Source: Vitrella brassicaformis CCMP3155
Lineage: Eukaryota; Protista; Chromerida
Reading direction: 5' to 3'
DNA length: 64,000 nucleotides
NCBI GenBank assembly: GCA_001179505.1
Contig: CDMY01000511.1
Location: 1-64,000 of the forward strand
Shown: positions 34,566 through 46,787 of the stretch, piece by piece
How positions within the stretch are numbered: the stretch's first letter is position 1
Layout of the letters: every line of letters starts with the position of its first letter
The notes under the pieces: generated by a model
What the model was told of the DNA's origin: nothing
Databases searched by the model: none
Seen by the model: the letters and a program-made list of their open reading frames with translations, nothing else
Translations under genes and position numbers: made by a program

Positions 34566-35926
34566 TGTGTTTGGGTTGACCCATGCCTCAGTTGGCGGAG
34601 TCAGAGGATGCTCCGTCATGCGCACGAGGCCCTCGACAACATCAGCCGCCATCTTGCCCGGGTCCCTGGCCCCTGCAGACCTCTTCACATCGAGCTGATC
34701 CTCAGGGAGGGCCAGGATATGATCAATGAGCTGCTCATCGACCTGTCCAACGGGGAGCTGGAGAGGGAGTACCAGACCGCCTTGAACTTGCACTTCTCGT
34801 GAGTGGAGACGACACACACGGACGGTGTATCTGTGTTTCTGTGTTTGTGTGTGTGTGTGTGGTGAATGCAGTCTGCAGAAGGAGCTCGAGAGTCTGCAGA
34901 AGGAGCTCGAGGTTCTGCAGGAGAAGGGCGAGATTGGGGAGCAGGACAAGAAGTGCCATGACTTGAAGAAGCGTTTGGATCTGCTGGTGCACATCAGCAA
35001 GGACGGCGCCCAGCACTTGGAGCAGCTGACCAAGCGTGCCAGAGACTTCCGCGTCATCTTGGAGGACGCTGTTGGCGCGCTCGCGAGGACCAGCCGAGCG
35101 GACCAGGCGGACATACAGCAGTAAGCCAATTCAATAGACGTGGGACACTGCCAAATCTCTCGTCTGTGCGTCTATGGGGGGTTGGTGTTCAGCATTTCGC
35201 AGAAGGTGCAAGTGCAGCAGCAGCCGGGCATGACAGCGTCCGGCCCGTCAGCATCGCCGGCCAGCAGTGAGTCGCCCTCAGACACCACGCAGCAGCAGGG
35301 AGGGGCTGGGGGCGGCGGGGATCCTCCGTCGCAGCTCGAAAACGAGTATCGCAAGCTCATGGGCCTGCACTTCATGTGAGAGAACATAGAGACACACACG
35401 GCCGAATGGATGGCAGTCACGTCTGTGTGTGGAGGGTGTATGCAGTCGTGTCACCGATGAGGAGGAGCGTCAGCTGATTGAGAAGCACATCAAGGAGTGC
35501 CATGACGCGGGCCGTTTGGATCGGCTGGTCGGCATCAGCCGGGACGTCGAGCACCACTTGGCTGCCGCCCATCACAGTCCTGCCGCGGCATCACAGTCCT
35601 GCCGCGGCATCACAGTCAAGAGGCTGCACCTCTTCTGGCTGCGGAGGGAGCTGGAAAGGGCACAGCGCAGATGGAGAGAGCAATTAAGATCGGAGCGAGG
35701 CTGACAAGTGCGTCATCTTCCTCCCATGTGTAAGCACGCAACGCACACACGCACACACGCGCAGGCATGTGTGTCGTCATGGTGTGTGTCTGTGTGTGTA
35801 TCAGAGGCATCTGTGCGTGTGCCAGCAGTGCTCCGACGACTTGATGGCCAAGCCGCAGAGCGAGCGCGTCTGCCCCATTTGCCGCCAGGAGACAGCACGT
35901 GCGCTACATACCAACATTCGTTTAAG
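30825..35926 (+). pseudogene. BTB/POZ - TLDc - TLDc - coiled coil - RING gene, copy A (nonsense at 32504-32506, damaged RING start)
   Basis: KINVGGRVIDF...FVDADPEYF (T1-type BTB); LLYK/GRRDGWSYETM and RVWLG/RLWLG...EDVEIY (TLDc-like); LQKELES heptads; FLPC/.HLCVCQQC...CPICR; SAEET*QRT where copy B has Q. Confidence 0.8.
33800..34545 (+). repeat. tandem duplication of one exon plus its intron (period ~391 nt)
   Basis: RIVK...EDGTSPSSCYIYDAEEDEEVHVDEMMPSS...AQLKDGNSAI occurs at 33800 and 34191; junctions lie in (CT)n(GT)n tracts. Confidence 0.9.
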
Positions 35927-36475
35927 AGCACCATACACACACACACACATGACTGTCTTCGCACTTTCCGTACATACACAATTGTGGGCCGAAGGTGGTT
36001 TGTGTGCGTGCTGCGGACTGCATGTGTGCCTTGGTTCGGTTGCCCTCGTGAATGCAATGCGGCCTGCCTTTTGTGCTGGCTGGTATCTTTTTGCCCTGTC
36101 TGTCTGTCTGCCGTTTTTGACGGTGTGTATCGAATCTGCCTAGCATACCATACCCTCTTACATGGTGAGCTGGGATCAATCTGCCTTCCTTGCCTGGCCT
36201 GCATTGCATGGGTGCGTCTTTCATTGTGTAGCTAGATGTGTATACGTATCTATCGGCCGCTCAATCCTCTCTGCCTACATTCATGCCATGCTGCATGGAT
36301 GGATGGCGGAAGGGGCTGTCCATGTGCGATACTTTCCATTGAATGCATGCAAACCGCCCGCCCTCTTCATCCGTGTCTGTCTGCCACCAGTCGACATTCG
36401 ATTCATCCATCCATCCATCAGTCTCTGGTGCAACAGTCAAACACCTCACTACCAAAGCCTCAACAACATGCATTC

Positions 36476-36590
36476 AATTGATGTGGTTGTGATGGACAGT
36501 CATGATAACTCTTGATCAGTTCAAAAGGATCAATCCGGGTGCGACACGCGAAGCGCCGCTGGTTGACAAAGCGGCGAGAAAATGTTGCGA
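36476..36590 (+). repeat. shared upstream module core, copy 2
   Basis: First ~60 nt are near-identical to 30485-30546 and 61297-61358. Confidence 0.9.
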
Positions 36591-36773
36591 CGAGACGGGC
36601 AATCGAGACGGGGGCGGAGATTTAAAAGAAATAACTCGCGCAGAACTTTTTGAAGATGTCAGTTTTTCGTGAGCCCTTGTGACGACAGAGCGTCACACTC
36701 GTCAATCAGCCGCCAGCTGACGGCAAATATTCACCGTTTCCCCCTTTGCTCACATCAGCTGCCCTCAGTCGTC

Positions 36774-37696
36774 ATGGGCGGCCACAGCACTCCACGGCCA
36801 CAGCAGCAGGTGGCCTTGACGTCAGAGGAGCGTTATTTGGAGGCCGGGGAGTCCGAAATCGCCGCCGCGTTGCTGGAGGGCCTGGGGTTTGTGGACTGGG
36901 GGGGCCGGAGGAAGGCCGCGAGGGCCGCGAGGAGGGAGATGGCCTGGGAGCTGACGAGGGAGATTCCCACTCGCTGCCCCGAGGCTGACGTGGATGGCTG
37001 GTGCGTGGTGGGCGACCATGATAACACGTAAGTGGACACACATATACATTGCACTCTGGCGCGTTCATTCTCAATCTCTGATGTGTCCTTTCCTTCATTT
37101 CATTCAGGCCCGCCACGGTGAGGCTCCACCGCCACCATCGACGTGCAGCCAAGCGAAGAGGTCAACCCCACACCCACGCCAGCGGCACCAGCAGTGGAGC
37201 CCATCGCCTGACCCGAGGCCGACACACAGCAGCCGCCCCACCCTGAGGCCCCCCAATCAGCGGACGAGCAAGCCGCCGCCACAGAGGCGCCGCCCACCGA
37301 AGAGCCGCAGGCCGGCCCATCCCAGCAGAAGGAGGTGGAGGAGGAGGAGAAGAAGAAGAAGGTGGTGGAGAAGCCGCCCCGCGTGTGCAACTTCGAGGGC
37401 CTGGCCCACCTCGTGGACAAGTACAAGGACGTGCCGTACTACCCGCCGGCACCGCCCACCCTGCCGCCCGCCAGCACCTGGAAAGTGCTGCCGGCGTACG
37501 ACCGCCGCATGGGCAACGAGACGGTCATCACCTTCCACATCGTCCTCACGCCCGACAGGTGGGCATCAAGACGGCCCTGACCCCGAGGGCGGCAGAGGTC
37601 CTCAAGAGGGAGCAGGCGTACCAGTGGTACATCATCAACCGGGCCTGCAAGAAGGAGTGGCGGCGCAAGGCCATCCACGTGCACGTGTGTTGCTGA
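36774..37696 (+). pseudogene. unnamed-family gene C1 (N-terminal exon, Pro/Ala/Glu linker, VCNFEGL...AIKTALT.RAAE.LKREQ.Y.WYI domain), frameshifted and truncated
   Basis: Paralogous to 61561-62510; intron 37027-37108; frame breaks relative to the paralog. Confidence 0.6.
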
Positions 37697-37847
37697 TGTG
37701 CAGATCGCTGGCTACATTTTATATTTGATCGACCGATGATAAACCCGCTACCGCACTGCCTTGTCCCGCCCGTCTGCACGTCGAAGGTGAGCTGTCTGTC
37801 GAAATGGACTGATCAACTCGCGTGTACGTGTTTCGGGTCTCTGTGTG

Positions 37848-38707
37848 CAGATGGATCGCTGTCTCCCTCTTATATAGTGGGCCTCTCCTACTTCGTCCAA
37901 GAACAAACCGCTGGCTGACTGCGTCGATCGCGTCAACAACGGCGAGGCGGGCTGGTTCTCCATCGCTCTCACGTGTCTCGATGTGGCCGACCCGGAGTCC
38001 GACCCAGACGACGGCCCACAGACAGTGGAGGACTTCGTCGAGAGCATGAGGGACTACTTCGAGGTGCGGCGATTTCCCAGGGACGCAGAGAAGGACATCA
38101 TCACCGCACCACGTGGGGCCTTCCGCGACCCAATCGAGGCAGCCAAGACAATCGTGTTCCACCACCTTCTCATTGCAGCCGACCCGCTGCAGAGGGCCAC
38201 GGCATTCGCAGAGGCCGCAGAGGAGATGCCAACGGGGCTGGTGGAGTCGAGGCCCATCAAGATCGAGAAGGAGGGGCCCATGCGGCTGAGGGCAGAGAGG
38301 GGCGGCTGGAAGCACGAGCACTTCTATGTGCGGCTGACTGACGCGTCCGCGAGCAGGTGGGTGTGGATGACGGTGTGGTGTGTCGTTGATACGGCGTCCA
38401 ACCAAGCGGAAGGTGAGCCACACAACATTCACTTCTTTCGTATGTCTCCGTGCCGTACGTACGCAGAGTTGGCGCCCCACGGCAAGGAGGTGGGGATTGT
38501 GGCCATCAAGACCGCCTTGACCCCGAGGGCGGCGGAGGACCTCAAGAGGGAGCAGGTGTACGTGTGGTACATCATCAACCGGCCTGCAAGCAGAAGTGGC
38601 GGATAGACGCCATCCGCAGGGCGTGCAAGGAGCAGTGGCCCAACCACTACAAGTTCCCACACGAGCGGACCGAGGAGGAGAACAAGCCGTGCGGGGCGTG
38701 GCTGTAG
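37848..38707 (+). pseudogene. unnamed-family gene D1: unique N-terminus plus NQAEGEPHNIHFFRMSPCRTYAE...AIKTALT...HYKFPHERTEEENKPCGAWL
   Basis: C-terminal half is near-identical to 63315-63623; frameshift near 38585. Confidence 0.55.
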
Positions 38708-38999
38708 TGTGGGGGAGAGGCTGGTGGGGTGTGTGAGGATGGATGGACGCGGAAGGCGGAGGGTCACCGCAGGGGAGGAGAGGGAGGGCCTTCTCATCGC
38801 TGCTTACATTTTATATTGGGAGTTCCTTTGCCTCGTCCCAACGCATAAGAGGGTGGGGTGTGTGTGTTGACTGAGTGAGTGAGTGAGACTCCCTTGATCA
38901 TCTGTTTGTGCCACTGGCCAACCCGTGACGGCCGGGAAGAATTCACTGCAACGACACAAGTCAAACAAACTATCACTACACACACACACGCGGGCTATG

Positions 39000-41900
39000 G
39001 TAGCATCGGTGGCAGTATCGGCACAGACACCTTTGTGTGTCTCATCGATTCCGGTTGTCTGTGGGAGTTGGGGTATCAACCTGTTTGATAGGATTGATCA
39101 TCTCAGTGTCTCACACAGTCGGCGCATTCAGGAAAAACAAACGTACGCATGTGTGTATCCATGCAGTCCATCCGATCGTCCTTCTCTCATGTGTCGATTG
39201 ATGCACAGACCCCCCACACCCACGCCCACATCTCACCTGCGCTCATGCACGGCCATCCATCGATCCATCCATTGATCGCGCCACACATTCTTCCCACCTG
39301 TCTGTCTGTCTCTCTGTTGGTGCGCCCGCCCAGCAAAATCGCCACACCCACACCCACACCCACATCCATGCACACGCACTCTCATGCACAGAGGTCATCC
39401 CTACCTGGAGCCATGTCGACGCGCTCTGTCTCTCTCTCTCTCTGGTGCAACTCAAAAACAGCTGCTCTGTTGAACACTCCCCGTCAACCCCTCTCTCCTC
39501 TCCCACTCTCGCCCACGAATCGCACCAGACAGACAGACAGACAAGCAAGCCAGGGAATCAGTAGGGAGGGAGGCACTGAAACACTTCAGCGACAGATGGA
39601 CGGACAGACAGACAGACGGAGAGGGGCGATGCTGTGTGGTGTGTACTGTAGGGGTGTGTGTTCAACGGGTGCGTACGTCATTGTGTGTGTGTTGGCTGGT
39701 TGGTTGAAGGTGGCCAAAAGGCAGCCGGGCAGCATCATCAGATGTCTCTCTGTGGCTGTAGGCAGTCAGGCAGGTAGGCAGGCAAACAAACACTCACACG
39801 GCAGACAGACAGACAGGACCACAGACAAGACAACCAGAGCCCCCCCGAAGGGCGGACAAAAAAAGTAGCCAGGCAGGTGGACAGACAAGGAACACACAGA
39901 CACGCAGATAGAGAAAAAATGGCAAAAGCTAGGCGAGGCGAGGCGAGACACACAGTGCACTCAGATAGATGCAGCACAGTGGGCATGGTGTGTGTGTGTG
40001 TGTCCATGTGTGTGTCCATGTGTGTGGTCGTGTTAAAATTGCGATGTCGTCCGTACGTCAGTTCGTTACGATAGCATGCAGTGCCAACCAGCAGAACCGT
40101 GGGGACGCTGGTGTCCGTCCGTGAGTGGTGAGTGAGTGGGATGGTGAGTGGGTACGATTGTGTGCATTGCATTCGGTAGACCATCGATACGATCGACGAT
40201 AGCCTACGGACATCAACCAATCAATGCATTGCAATGCCGATAACGAGCTCGAGGGCACCACACGCACACGCACACACGCACGCACAGCAGGGATCGGAAG
40301 AGAGAGGGCGACGCACCGCACCGCACCGCACCCACAAGAATCAAATGAAGACCGTACCGCCCGGAGATGGGATGGGATGCAATCAATGAAAATCATGACG
40401 CATGCATGCGATTGTAATGGTACGGTAGGTAGGTACCACCTACACTAAGTACGCACGCACAACATCACCGCACACACGCAGCACCAAACCGTACCGCACC
40501 GCACCGCACCGCACCGACTGACCGACCCACTTACCAAGCACCAATGGGCAGCATTGACAGCAAAAGGACGGACCGACAAACAAATAACAACAGCCACAGC
40601 CAGCCGTTCCGTTCCGGATGTGAATTATCTATCTGCCGCAGTTCCACACACGAAAGCACACCCACCCACCCACCCCACCAAACATTTCGAAACGTCTGTC
40701 TCACCACGTCACGTCATGACGCATCCATCCATCCAGCCAGCCAGCCAGCCAGGCGGTAAAGGTCGTTACCCACCTTACCCACCTACGCACAAACTCGCAG
40801 AGGTCCGGCTCGCCACAGGACAAACAGACGGGAAGCGAAGGGCAGCTACGATGTGTGCATGTGTGCATCGGAGCAATCGTATGGATCAATCGTTGGGGGG
40901 AGGGGGGGAATGTCGTATGCATCGAAAACCCTACCACTCCCGCACCCTGTCGCCCACAAACCGCATCTACCTATAACAATGCCCCAGAGAACCAGCCTGC
41001 GTGGAGGAGCTCACACAAGCACACGAGAGACCGGTGGAGAGACTGCACAGACAGAGACACAGACAAACGGACAAAACGCAGTTATAAAAACACCAAAATA
41101 CCGCTGCAGCCTTCAATCCTTCCATCATTCCTTCCTTGCACACGAGCACCTGGTCCGCATACACCCCATCTTATCTACACGTGCGCTCCCTCCCTCTCCC
41201 CCTCTGTCACCCCGGGGGCCCTTAGACATCCATCCATCCGATGTCCATCCATATACTACCACACACCCGCACCACTTTCATTAGATAGACATTCTTGCCT
41301 CCGCTGCTGACCAGCGATGGCAGCTAAAACGCAGCGGGACGGCAGACACACACACACACACACAGCACACCTACATGCTCACACATGTGTACACACAGAC
41401 ACACAGAGCAGCAGCAGTAGTAGGGCAGCCCAGCCCAACGGCGGCACACCACCAACCCCAGCGATCGATCAACGAATTACACAGACAGAGAGAGAGGGAG
41501 GGATGGTTTAGATAGATGGCAACGAAGTCGAGACATGAAAGAGATCGATCGACCTGTGGTTGGGGGGGTTGTGTCGCTGGTGTGCGTGTGTGTGTATGTA
41601 GAGAGAAGATACCTAGGATAAGTCAAACACATTTCTGTGAATTCCCCGCCCGTCCGCCTCCACGCCCTGTCTGCCTGCCTGCCTGCCTGCCTGGACGGCA
41701 GATGCAGTAAGGGAAGGCTGAATTACACAAAGACCAACACAGGGGTGAAATGGCAACGGGAGCCAGGTGCCAGTTCATGACGCAGTGAGGAAGGAAACAG
41801 GCAGGCAGGCCCACAAGACAGACAGGCAGGGTGCGCAAGGCAAGGCCTTGCATAAATAGGCAGGCAGGCAGGCAGGCAGTCATGCGTTCGTTCAGGCAAT

Positions 41901-42075
41901 TAGGAAGGTGTGCATATCATTGAGCAGCAAGCCAGCCGATTTCGATTCGAACCAACACTTAGCCAATTAGATAGACAGATAGACACACACACACACACAC
42001 ACACATGCAATCTAATGCAATGCAACGCAATGTGCATCGCACCCACGTGCCTTAAAGTATGGAGCGTACGTACCG
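39000..42075. repeat. microsatellite-rich intergenic or UTR region ((GACA)n, (CA)n, (GCAC)n, (GGCA)n, (CCCA)n)
   Basis: Only short, low-complexity ORFs; many simple repeats. Confidence 0.6.
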
Positions 42076-42375
42076 NNNNNNNNNNNNNNNNNNNNNNNNN
42101 NNNNNNNNNNNNNNNNNNNNNNNNNNNNNNNNNNNNNNNNNNNNNNNNNNNNNNNNNNNNNNNNNNNNNNNNNNNNNNNNNNNNNNNNNNNNNNNNNNNN
42201 NNNNNNNNNNNNNNNNNNNNNNNNNNNNNNNNNNNNNNNNNNNNNNNNNNNNNNNNNNNNNNNNNNNNNNNNNNNNNNNNNNNNNNNNNNNNNNNNNNNN
42301 NNNNNNNNNNNNNNNNNNNNNNNNNNNNNNNNNNNNNNNNNNNNNNNNNNNNNNNNNNNNNNNNNNNNNNNNNNN
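42076..42375. other. assembly gap (300 N)
   Basis: N run. Confidence 1.
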
Positions 42376-42395
42376 CCCCCTGCCCAATCCAATCA

Positions 42396-43848
42396 TCACC
42401 TGGTGCCCTCCCTGGATCTGGTGGTCCACAGGAGCCGGGGCGACTGCATCACCGGCATGAACGGCAGGGAACCCCTCTCCCTCTCCCTCTCCCCCTCCCC
42501 CTCTCCCACCAGGTCGACATGCGGCAGCTGCCCCCTCTGCTCGGCCGTGAAGGTCCTCAGGGTCGCCGACCACTCTTCCATCACCTTGGGGCTCCCCAGC
42601 AGCCGCCAAAATTGGGGGTGATCCAGCATCGGGTAGTCCAGCGATGATGCAGACACACCCTTCTTCTTGTCCTTGTGCTTGTATGGCGACGAGCGGGACC
42701 GGGAGAGGGTGAATGACGGTGGGATGGACGGCAGGCCGCCCTCCTCGCTGTCGGGGTGGTCCGTCAGGCTGCGGCATGGGGGCAGGTGGTGGTGTTTGTG
42801 TTGGTGGTTGTCCATGGCGCAGAGAGAGGCCGACGACACACATGACGTGTCGGTAGGGCCGGCCAGGTCGTCGCACTCCCACCCACCGTCGGTGTGTGAG
42901 GAGGAGCAGCCCGCCACGGTGGAGGCCGACATGTGGGTGCCGCACCGGTCCTTCCCGCCACTCGTGTAATGGTCACCGCACACAGACACGTCGGTGCTGC
43001 CCGTCGGCCCCGACACCGTCAGGCTGACCGCGCCACGCTGCAGCAGCGCGTCCGGAATGCGGCGGTAGAACCCCCTCCCACCCCTCCCTCTCCCATTGCC
43101 CAGGCCCCTCCTGGCACGCGCCACCCTGCCCTTGTGGTTGAGCATGGACGAGCGCGAGTGCGAGCCGCTGCTGTCGGTGTCTATGGTGGTGGAGTCCGTG
43201 TCGCGTCGCGATGGCGATGAAGACGAGCATGGCTGGAAGCGCATGAATGCTGGGAGGGGGATGCACCGGATGAATGGGGGTGTGAGTGGGGATCTGTTGC
43301 CGGGCGTCAAGGGGTTGAGGCCTCTGGGCGGGGGGAGGGGGGTGCGGGTGCGGGAGGAGGAGGGCACCAGGGGGGCCATGATGTCCAGGAACTCGATGTA
43401 GTCTGATGCCAGCACATGGGCACATGCGAGGGTGGGAGGGGCATTGCATTGCAAACAAGAGTGTGCTGGTGGTGGTGGTGGGGTTGGGGTGATGGTATGT
43501 ATGGTGTGGCATTGGCGTTACCCACCGATGGGTGCGTCTGTTCTCTTGGAATCTACGGCAGCTCCGTGGAGGATGTCGTGGCACCACATGTATGTCCAGT
43601 GGTCATACCTTCACATACACACACGCACAGCACATATCCATGAGGGAGGGAAAGGCGAGACGCGTGTGCGCCTGTGTGGTGTGTGGAGTGAAGGGGTGTG
43701 GTGTGTTCCTTACCTGTTGGGTGCGAGGCAGTGCATGATGTCGTGTGCCGTGATGATGCCGTCGCCGTCAGCATCGAGCATCTCAAACACATACTGACAT
43801 ACACATACACAGCCAAACCACACAGACAGAGATACACACGACGAGCCC

Positions 43849-43884
<36 letters not shown>

Positions 43885-46517
43885 CGTCCCCTCACCGCGA
43901 GTCTCTGCTCTGTGAGTAGGTGGTCCCTGGACGCAGTCGCCAACACGAACTCACTCCAGCTGGACCAGTACGACACAAGACACATGACACAGACGTGTCA
44001 CACACACACACACACACATACACACACCTGATGACGCCGTCTCCGTCCATGTCGACCCGTTGGAAGCACGTCTGCGCCTCCTTGGTGGACATGCGCTGAT
44101 GCACATGGGGCGGGTGTGTGGTGGGGTGGGTGCCCTTGTCATTGAGACTCTTGATGAGTGTCTGGGCAGACGGTCTCTTGAAGGACGCGTTGGCGGCCTT
44201 CCGGAGATCGCGGAGAGTGATGCCCTGCATGGATAGCACATGCAGACACAGATACACAAAGAGGGCATCGGATCGGACGTGTGCGGTCTGGTCTGCTGCC
44301 TACCGCTTTGGCAGGTGTTTCGATGGCTCTGAAGACGGGCAGCAGCGCGTTGCTCTCGGCCTTGCTCATCAGGTGACGAACGATGCACCGCAATACCAAC
44401 TTCACGAACAGACAACCACACAAAGACATGCACACAAGGTATTTTCTCTCTCTCTCTCTCCTCTGCCCACTCGCCAACCTGTTGGAGTGCATTGGTCTGC
44501 GGGAAGTCCCTCATCGCCTCGATGGCCCCCTGCACGTCCATGTGGGTGTTGCCGCCCTTGTCCACGGAGGAGCTGCCCATCCGCGCCAGCCGCTGACCCA
44601 CATCTGTGTTGCGGAGCCACTTGTGCCTGCGGGGCAGCACGTAGGGCACACTCGGAATCGAATACTGCAGCCTGCCCACACAAACACACCACACCCAGCA
44701 GAGCGCACACGTGTAGTGCAGGTCATTCCCATCTGCTCTGCTGGCATGGCAACGTCGCTTTCTTACCACGGGTGTTGCAGTGCCCTAGAGGCGGAGATGC
44801 GCTTGTTTGGGTCGTGCTGCAGTAGCCGAGTGACGAGGTCGATGCACGACTGTGAGATGCGGTCCCACACCTGCCGTGGCACCAGGGGCAGCCGTGCGTC
44901 GTGCTGCCCTTCGGCCACCCGCCGCAGCAGCTGCTCGGTCTCCTCCTCGGACTCGCCCACATAGGGCGGCCGGCCGCACAGGAGCATGTACAGCAGCACG
45001 CCGCAAGCCCACACGTCCACCGACTCGTCATACCGACCAGTGAACATCTCGGGAGCTGACAGACAGGGAGGGACAGAGGGACACACCACAGACGACCTTC
45101 ATTTCATTGAGAGAGATGCCTGGGCTGTCTTGTCTTGACGCACCCATGTAGAGAGTCGTGCCGACGACGTCTCTCATGTCCTGTCGGTGCCACTGGTAGC
45201 CCTCCGGTGCGTCCATGGTCTCAACCACCTCGCCCAGCGGCTCCTTGTCGATGTCTGGCTGCTGCTGCTGCTGGTGGTGGTGGGTCTTGGGCTTGAATGT
45301 GGGCGAGGGGATGGGGTGCAGCTGTGTGAACCGGACGGCACAACCAAAGTCGATGAGTTTGATGAGGGACTTGAGGCCGGGGGGTCTGGTGTCACGATCG
45401 GACGAGTCGAACATGACGTTCTCAAGCTTGATGTCTCTATGTTGACGGGGGAAGGGCAGCGGAGGGTTGGCGTATTCGTGTGCAGAACATGTGTGTGTGA
45501 GCGCGTAAGCGTGCATACCTGTGACAGATGCCCTGCTCGTGGAGGTAGGCAACGGCACCCAGCAGCTGCAATGACACACGCGGACGCCAATCAGATGCGG
45601 TCAAGAAGCGACAGAAACACCATTGGCGTGGCGGTCTGACCTGTTTGAGTATCTCAGCGGCCTCCGGTTCTGTGAAGTTGCGCTGCAGGAAGCGGTCGAA
45701 GAGCTCCCCTCCCTTGCTCATCTCCATCACACAATACACGTGGTCCTCATCCTCGTACACCTCATACACCTGATACACAACACACACCACACCAAACCAC
45801 ACCACACCGCACCCATCCGTATCCTTCCCATCTGTCTGTCTGTCTGTCTGTCAGTCTGTCCATTGGCTACCCGGACGATGCTAGGGTGGTCAAGGTCGTT
45901 GAGCAGCGCCGCCTCCTCCCAGGCCCAGGAGCCGCCCCACCGCTCCTTGACATCCGTGGCGGGGGTGACGCTCCCGGTGGCGTTGTTCTTCGGTCGACGC
46001 GAACGGCGCAGCACATCCTTACGGACTATCTTGACAGCTGATCGATCGACACACAGAAATGGATGGCCACTCACTAGGCGGTCCTGGTTGGTGGATGGGT
46101 ATGGGGCTGACCTCTCTTCTCCTGAAGGTGTCTGTGGTGGGCGATGTACACGCTCCCGAACGTGCCTGCGGCAATCTTCCGCCCTGATCGACACGCAAGA
46201 CAACAAACACATCAACAGCTGGCCAAATTCAGTCACTTCGCCCCTTTTCTGCTTTCGTCGCCTGCCTCACCGAGTAGGTATATATCCCCGAAGTAGTGCG
46301 GCGTCATGTGTTTGAGGCTGCCGTGCTTGACCACCGGCCGCCGCTTGACTGCGTCTGCATCGGCCTCTCTCCCACTCCCACAGCCACCAGGGGTGGTGGT
46401 GTCGTGTGTGAAGGTGTGCAGGTGGTCGGCATGGCCCCAGGGGATGACAGTGGCCGTCACGCGGGGCTCACGATCAGACGACGATAGACACGCAGGGACA
46501 GACTGAAAACTTCCCAT
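42396..46517 (-). CDS. calcium-dependent protein kinase (CDPK-like), N-acylation motif, 4 EF-hand positions, long C-terminal tail
   Basis: MGSFQSVPAC start (46517); AAGTFGSVY, AVKIVRK, EAALLNDLDHPSIV, GGELFD, H/RDIKLEN, IDFG, GTTLYM/APE, DVWACGV, RISASRALQHPW; EF loops DMDGDGVI/SWSE and DADGDGIITAHD; degenerate EF1 and EF4 (VDSKRTDAPI/DYIEFLDIM). Confidence 0.92.
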
Positions 46518-46787
46518 ACAGACAGAGGAGTGATAAGACAGCCAGACAAACAGACGACAGACAGACAGACTGACAGACAGACAGGCACGCCACGCAGCAC
46601 CCAGGCAGGCAGGTTTAAATAGACAGGGCTGAGGTGCCGTCAGCCCCTTCCGCGTCGCCTCCCCAAGACCATCCAACACCAACGGCCGCGATGCTGGCCG
46701 TGGACCTGGCCAAGCCCGCGCGCGATTCTGGCCGTGATCTTGGAAGTTGAAAAGCTATTCTTTTGAAGGCAGGAAAGGCTGTAAGGA

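Noticed and set aside
39000-42075. Many 60-240 aa ORFs on both strands
   Set aside because: They are translations of microsatellites (TDRQ, HTHT, CVCV) with no domain signal.
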